Assembly (NCBI RefSeq): GCF_006345805.1
Contig: NW_021826411.1
Location: forward strand, 1 to 13,682
DNA from: Octopus sinensis
Lineage: Eukaryota
Length of the DNA: 13,682 bases
Direction of reading: 5' to 3'
The position numbers and the translations under genes were made by a program. The notes beneath the pieces were generated by a model. The model was not told the origin of the DNA. It ran no database searches and saw only the letters and a program-made list of their open reading frames with translations. The first letter of the stretch is position 1, and every line of letters begins with the position of its first letter. Positions 8,984-13,682 of the stretch are shown piece by piece.

Positions 8984-9145
8984 AGAAATGCTATTTTTGT
9001 TATTAATGTTTTTTTGTATTTGTGGTTTTCACAATCTCCTTTAGCGGAAGTAATTTTTTCATTCCCGGATACCGCAAAAAACACTTCTAACTCTGTACTC
9101 TGTATTCGAATTTCCCATACACATCGCTTATGGCAAAGAACCAAT

Positions 9146-9165
9146 TTATATTATCATTATTATTA

Positions 9166-9235
<70 letters not shown>

Positions 9236-9260
9236 CATTATTATTATTATTATTATCATT
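9146..9260. repeat. (TAT)n microsatellite
   Basis: Directly visible. Confidence 0.95.
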
Positions 9261-9451
9261 TAAGTTTATGCATGCAACATCGTGTTTCTTGTTGTTAATT
9301 TAATTTATTTATTTGTTTCCTTTTTTAATTTCATTTTACTACTTCAAAAACCACACAACTATGCCAACATGCACAAGAAGCTCACCGCCCACGACACAAG
9401 TACACATAAAACACATGCAATATGCGCAAACATACATGCATATGGATTATG

Positions 9452-9525
<74 letters not shown>

Positions 9526-9549
9526 GTGTGTGTGTGTGTGTGTGTGTGT
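9452..9549. repeat. (TA)n(TG)n microsatellite
   Basis: Directly visible. Confidence 0.95.
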
Positions 9550-9921
9550 ATACATATCTACCACTTAGTAAGATGACAGCAGCTTAATAAATTACGTTTC
9601 AAAAATACTAATTTTTATCTAAAGAAAATTGTATAAAATTTTGAAAAACATGAAAGATAAAAAAATACGAAAAAAAAAAAAAAGAAAGAGGGGGAAAATA
9701 GAAAGGAAGAAAGAAAGATAACAAAACAGAAAACAAAATACAGAAAAAAATATTTTCTGGACAGAACAAAAAAGAAACCTCCAAAAATAATAATAATAAT
9801 CGTTGAGAAACAAGGAAACCGAAACTTAGAAATAAACCAGTCTTTTATAACAATATAAGCTGAAAGAAACTGGGAAGAGAAGATTTACATTTACATACAT
9901 ACAAAGGCTGATATATATAGG

Positions 9922-9952
9922 CATTCATATACATGTATACATACATATACAT

Positions 9953-9991
<39 letters not shown>

Positions 9992-10232
9992 TATATATAT
10001 ACATATATATTTACACACATATAATTATAGACATTCATATAAATGTATACATACATATACATTTTCACACACATACACATACACACACATATACATATAC
10101 ATATATACATACATACATATATATTTACACACATACACACACATATAATTATAGACATTCATATACATGTATACATACATATGCATTTTCACACACACAC
10201 ACATACACACACATATACATATATATACATAT

Positions 10233-10264
<32 letters not shown>

Positions 10265-10288
10265 TACACACATACACACACATATAAT
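9922..10288. repeat. Three-unit minisatellite (110, 124, ~130 bp) built from CA/TA microsatellites
   Basis: Anchor CATTCATAT at 9922, 10032 and 10156, each followed by TGTATACATACAT and CATTTTCACAC. Confidence 0.85.
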
Positions 10289-10289
10289 A

Positions 10290-10760
10290 TGGGAGTGAGA
10301 ATGGGAACAGGAAGGAAAAATTATAGAAAAACGGAAAAGAAAAAGAATGAAAAAGTGAAATAAATAAATATATAAAGAAAAGAAGTAAAGGAAGATAGAA
10401 GGACTGACAGAAATGAAGAATAAAAGAAGGCACGAAGGAAGGAAGATAGGAACGAAGGGAGAAAGGATGAAAGAAGGAAAGAAAGAAAGAAAGAAAGAAA
10501 TGAAGAAAGAAAGAAAGAAAGGAAGAAAGAAAGAAAGAAAGAAAGAAATGAAGAAATGAAGAAGAAAAGGAAGAAGAAAGAAAGAAAGAAAGAGAGAAAT
10601 AGACGAAGAAGCAAAAAAAGAAAAGAAGAAACAAGGCTTGAAAAAGAAAAAAACAAAAGAAAAATACATAGAAAGGGAGAAATATAGAAAGTAAACAGAA
10701 GAACGAAAACCGAAAGAGAAAGAAGACATGATAAAGAAAAAGATAACAAAGAGAAAAAAA
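10290..10760. repeat. Polypurine low-complexity tract with (GAAA)n core
   Basis: Almost entirely A/G on the plus strand. Confidence 0.9.
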
Positions 10761-10841
10761 TTCAGATTTATAAATATGGTAATACTATTCCTTGGAAAAA
10801 GATTCTTCCAATAATTTATTTATTTATTTATTTCTTGTAAG

Positions 10842-10936
10842 GATGCGATGCAAATAATGGTACTGTCTGCGATTTGGTTCCGGTTAACGGTAGAAGACGT
10901 CGCGTAAGGAATGAAGACACGGCGTATCAGATTTAG
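10842..10936 (+). CDS. Candidate terminal coding exon (phase 1: xCDANNGTVCDLVPVNGRRRRVRNEDTAYQI*) of an unidentified gene
   Basis: T-rich tract plus TAAG acceptor (AG at 10840-10841), an abrupt shift to balanced CpG-containing sequence, and an open frame to TAG at 10934-10936. Confidence 0.4.
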
Positions 10937-11261
10937 TTCTTAAGAAAGTGAGGAGGCCTGTTCGGTGCATCGTTTAATACGGCTGCATGATGTGTAGTGT
11001 AGAGGATGATGTGTTGTTTGTAGTGTGTGTGGTGTGTGGTTTGTGGGGAGGTCGTGCCTGGAGAGGTGGATCGTGAGTGGGGTTTGGTATTATGCGGTTT
11101 TTACCATGTTGTATGTATGTATGAATGGTTGAGAGTGTGTCTCTTCAGTTTTCAAACCTCGTTAATACTTCCTAGATTTATAGAATTTGATCGCTGGTGG
11201 GGGTTGGACGGAGGGAGTGAGAGTTCAGATAATGGATGCCTTGTATGTTTTAAACTCACTA

Positions 11262-11292
<31 letters not shown>

Positions 11293-11560
11293 CAAACACG
11301 TTTACAAATAAATGTGAACTTACACACATATGAATGTATACATACATACATTTATTCGTTCATTTATTCATACGTATATACACACATAACATATATATAT
11401 ATATATATATATACAAATACAAATATATGTATACACATATAAAACGTATATATACTTAATATATATCTATAACTATATCATATATATATATATATATATA
11501 TACTATATTTGTATTTGTTCCACGTCCTCGCGTTGTTTCTTTTTTGTTCGTGTTTGGATT

Positions 11561-11597
<37 letters not shown>

Positions 11598-11600
11598 ATA

Positions 11601-11635
<35 letters not shown>

Positions 11636-11885
11636 CTACATATATATGTATACATACAGACATATACATACAGACATATACATATATATGTGTGTATGTG
11701 TGTATGGTCCTGGTGTCGTGCATGTGCGTGTGCGCATATTTGGATGAATTGTAAATTAACGCCAAATGTGGAACATTATACGCTACTATTTGTAATTAAA
11801 ATTTCTAAGATTTGTTCACACACACCCTCTCTTTCTTTTTCTCTTTCTCTGTCTCTGTCTCTCTCTCACATACACACATACAAAT
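11262..11885. repeat. Cluster of (CA)n, (TA)n and (CT)n microsatellites
   Basis: Directly visible, with short unique spacers. Confidence 0.85.
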
Positions 11886-12164
11886 AGACGCCAACATAAG
11901 TACATACAAGCATTCGCGTATCCACAAACAAACCTATTTGATAAAAAATAAAAAATCAGAATGAACGCCCAACTTTTCAGATTACGCCGAACTTGTAAAT
12001 TAAATATAAAAATTCTAAACTTTACTATAGTGAATTACACACACACATGTAAATATTAATAGGTATTTATGTACATATCTAATATTGTATTATATATCTT
12101 ATTAATTTGTCTGTACGGCTGATAATTCGCTTGTCACTAGGACTATATTTTATAATATCCCTAC

Positions 12165-12258
12165 ACGCACACACACACACACACATATATTATATACGTA
12201 TATGTACGTGTGTGTATGTATATATATGTAATATATAATATATATATATATATTATAT

Positions 12259-12300
<42 letters not shown>

Positions 12301-12360
12301 TATAGCTATTACACATACATGTACATGCCTAAATATATATGTATATATACATGCACATAT
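12165..12360. repeat. (CA)n/(TA)n microsatellite mosaic
   Basis: Directly visible. Confidence 0.9.
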
Positions 12361-12810
12361 GGGTACAGGACGTGAAAAAAATTGGGAACAAAATGAGGAA
12401 CAAGAACATTAAAAACAAAAGCATGGAAAACGAACATTTTTCGAACAACGAAAAAAACAATAGAGAAACGAGACAGGCAATATAAAGAACATTCCCTTCA
12501 TCATTTGTCCCCTGTTTTATCTACCCTGCGTTCGAAGGTAGGGACAAGACTCGACTTCGTTAAAACAGTCCTTCCCGCAAAGCAAATTGAATCAAATTTG
12601 AGATTTTTTGCGGAGAGTTAAAGTGGTGTGAAAAACTTGACCGTAAGAACAAAACAGTAAAAACAAACGTTGAGTGTTGTTAAGCCAAGACGATGTGAAA
12701 TGGTGAACGCTGGAAAAACGAGCTTTGAGAAGAAACAGGCAAAAGCACGTCTTGTCTTTAGGAATGAACAAAGATAGCCGTTGGTCACGTGTAAGCAACG
12801 AGAGAGCCAA
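12361..12810 (-). mobile_element. Probable interspersed repeat, possibly a Penelope-like terminal segment
   Basis: Sharp boundary with the TA microsatellite at GGGTACAGGACG and contains hammerhead-like modules. Family assignment is inference only. Confidence 0.35.
12494..12568 (-). ncRNA. Pseudoknotted, hammerhead-like structured motif with non-canonical module order (degenerate)
   Basis: Minus strand: CUGUUUUA-ACGAAGU-CGAGUC-UUGUCCC-UA-CCUUC-GAA-CGCA-GGGUAGA-UAAAACAG-GGGACAA-AUGAUGA-AGGG. Two crossing perfect helices of 7 and 8 bp. Confidence 0.35.
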
Positions 12811-13082
12811 GGAGGAAGAGTGATGGGGAGAGAGGGGAACGGTGAAGGGGAGAGAAGAATTAGAAAAAGTGTTGGAGAGAAAGAAAGAAAGGAAGAAGAA
12901 TAAGAGAGAGAGAGTTTAATATTTATCGCCACGCTAACATGGCAGTCCAGGAAATAGGACGAATACTACCTTTGATTAGCTCCAAGAGGCTATCCCCTCT
13001 AGCTAGGTACGTGACACACAAACCTTTGTCCATTTCAACCTTCGAACATGGGAGCTCAGCAGCTCCCCTTGCTGGTTCAACA

Positions 13083-13125
13083 TCCACAGACTAGTTTCGG
13101 CGTGATTGCCTCTTATCAATATGGA
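13083..13125 (-). ncRNA. Degenerate minimal type I hammerhead ribozyme (Penelope-like element type)
   Basis: Minus strand: UCCAUA-UUGAUAA-GA-GGC-AAUCAC-GCC-GAAA-CUAG-UC-UGUGGA. Helix I has 6 bp, helix II 3 bp, and helix III is the palindrome ACUAGU. The core differs from CUGAUGA at 2 positions. Confidence 0.7.
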
Positions 13126-13482
13126 GTAGTCGAACCCAGCAGGCGTCGCTGCTGACTGTCTGTTCCGAGGTTTATTTACATATATTCAGTGGAATACATC
13201 CACTGGTTTTCAAACATAGAAATATTAATAATTCTAAATCTCCCTAAATATTTCTCTTTCTCCCTCTCAGACGTAAAGAATTGTAGAACAGCTCAACTAG
13301 TTTCACTTGATCATGATGAACTCTCCGTGGCTGTGTATTACATGTGTTGTAGAGAGAGAGAGTAGAATACAACCACTTTAGTCAAAATAATGAATAACAG
13401 GCTCTGCTTCTGGACATTTCCATTTTAAGATTTTCTTGTGGATGCGTATTAACATAAGTGTTGTGACACAATATCTTTACAT

Positions 13483-13682
13483 CTTTTACTCTTTTACCAG
13501 TTTCAGTCATTTGACTGCGGCCATGCTAGAGCACCGCCTTTAGTCGAGCAAATCGACCCCAGGACTTATTCTTTGTAAGCCCAGTACTTATTCTATCGGT
13601 CACTTTTACCGAAACGCTAAGTGACGGGGACATAAACACACCAGCATCGGTTGTCAAGCAATGCTAGGGGGACAAACACAGA
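13483..13682 (-). mobile_element. 3' half of SINE family D, cut by the window end
   Basis: The reverse complement aligns to ~8478-8680 (TTTGTCCCCCTAGCATTGCTTGACAAC, GATAGAATAAGTACTGGGCTTACAAAGAATAAGTC, CATGGCCGCAGTCAA). Confidence 0.9.

Noticed and set aside
10025-10749. Hydrophobic F/L/S-rich minus-strand ORFs resembling membrane proteins
   Set aside because: Antisense translation of the (GAAA)n tract.
12115-12145. GGCTGATAATTCGC as another hammerhead remnant
   Set aside because: No downstream GAAA or supporting helices.

Overview
Repeat-dense, AT-rich animal genomic DNA. The repeat families look cephalopod (Octopus-like), which is recognition from memory and not a search result. Nearly all listed ORFs are translations of microsatellites or SINEs, and no complete gene is visible. 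The window holds tRNA-headed SINEs of three head types, several with clean target-site duplications (TSDs). Two SINE loci have head-to-tail internal multimers that share an identical junction. A 394-bp non-autonomous Helitron can be matched to its empty site elsewhere in the window. There is a degenerate minimal hammerhead ribozyme of Penelope type (13083-13125, minus) and a second hammerhead-like motif whose modules lie in a non-canonical order (12494-12568, minus). Also present are two candidate short plus-strand terminal exons (8951, 10842) and a ~695-bp indel-rich duplication that may be an assembly artefact.
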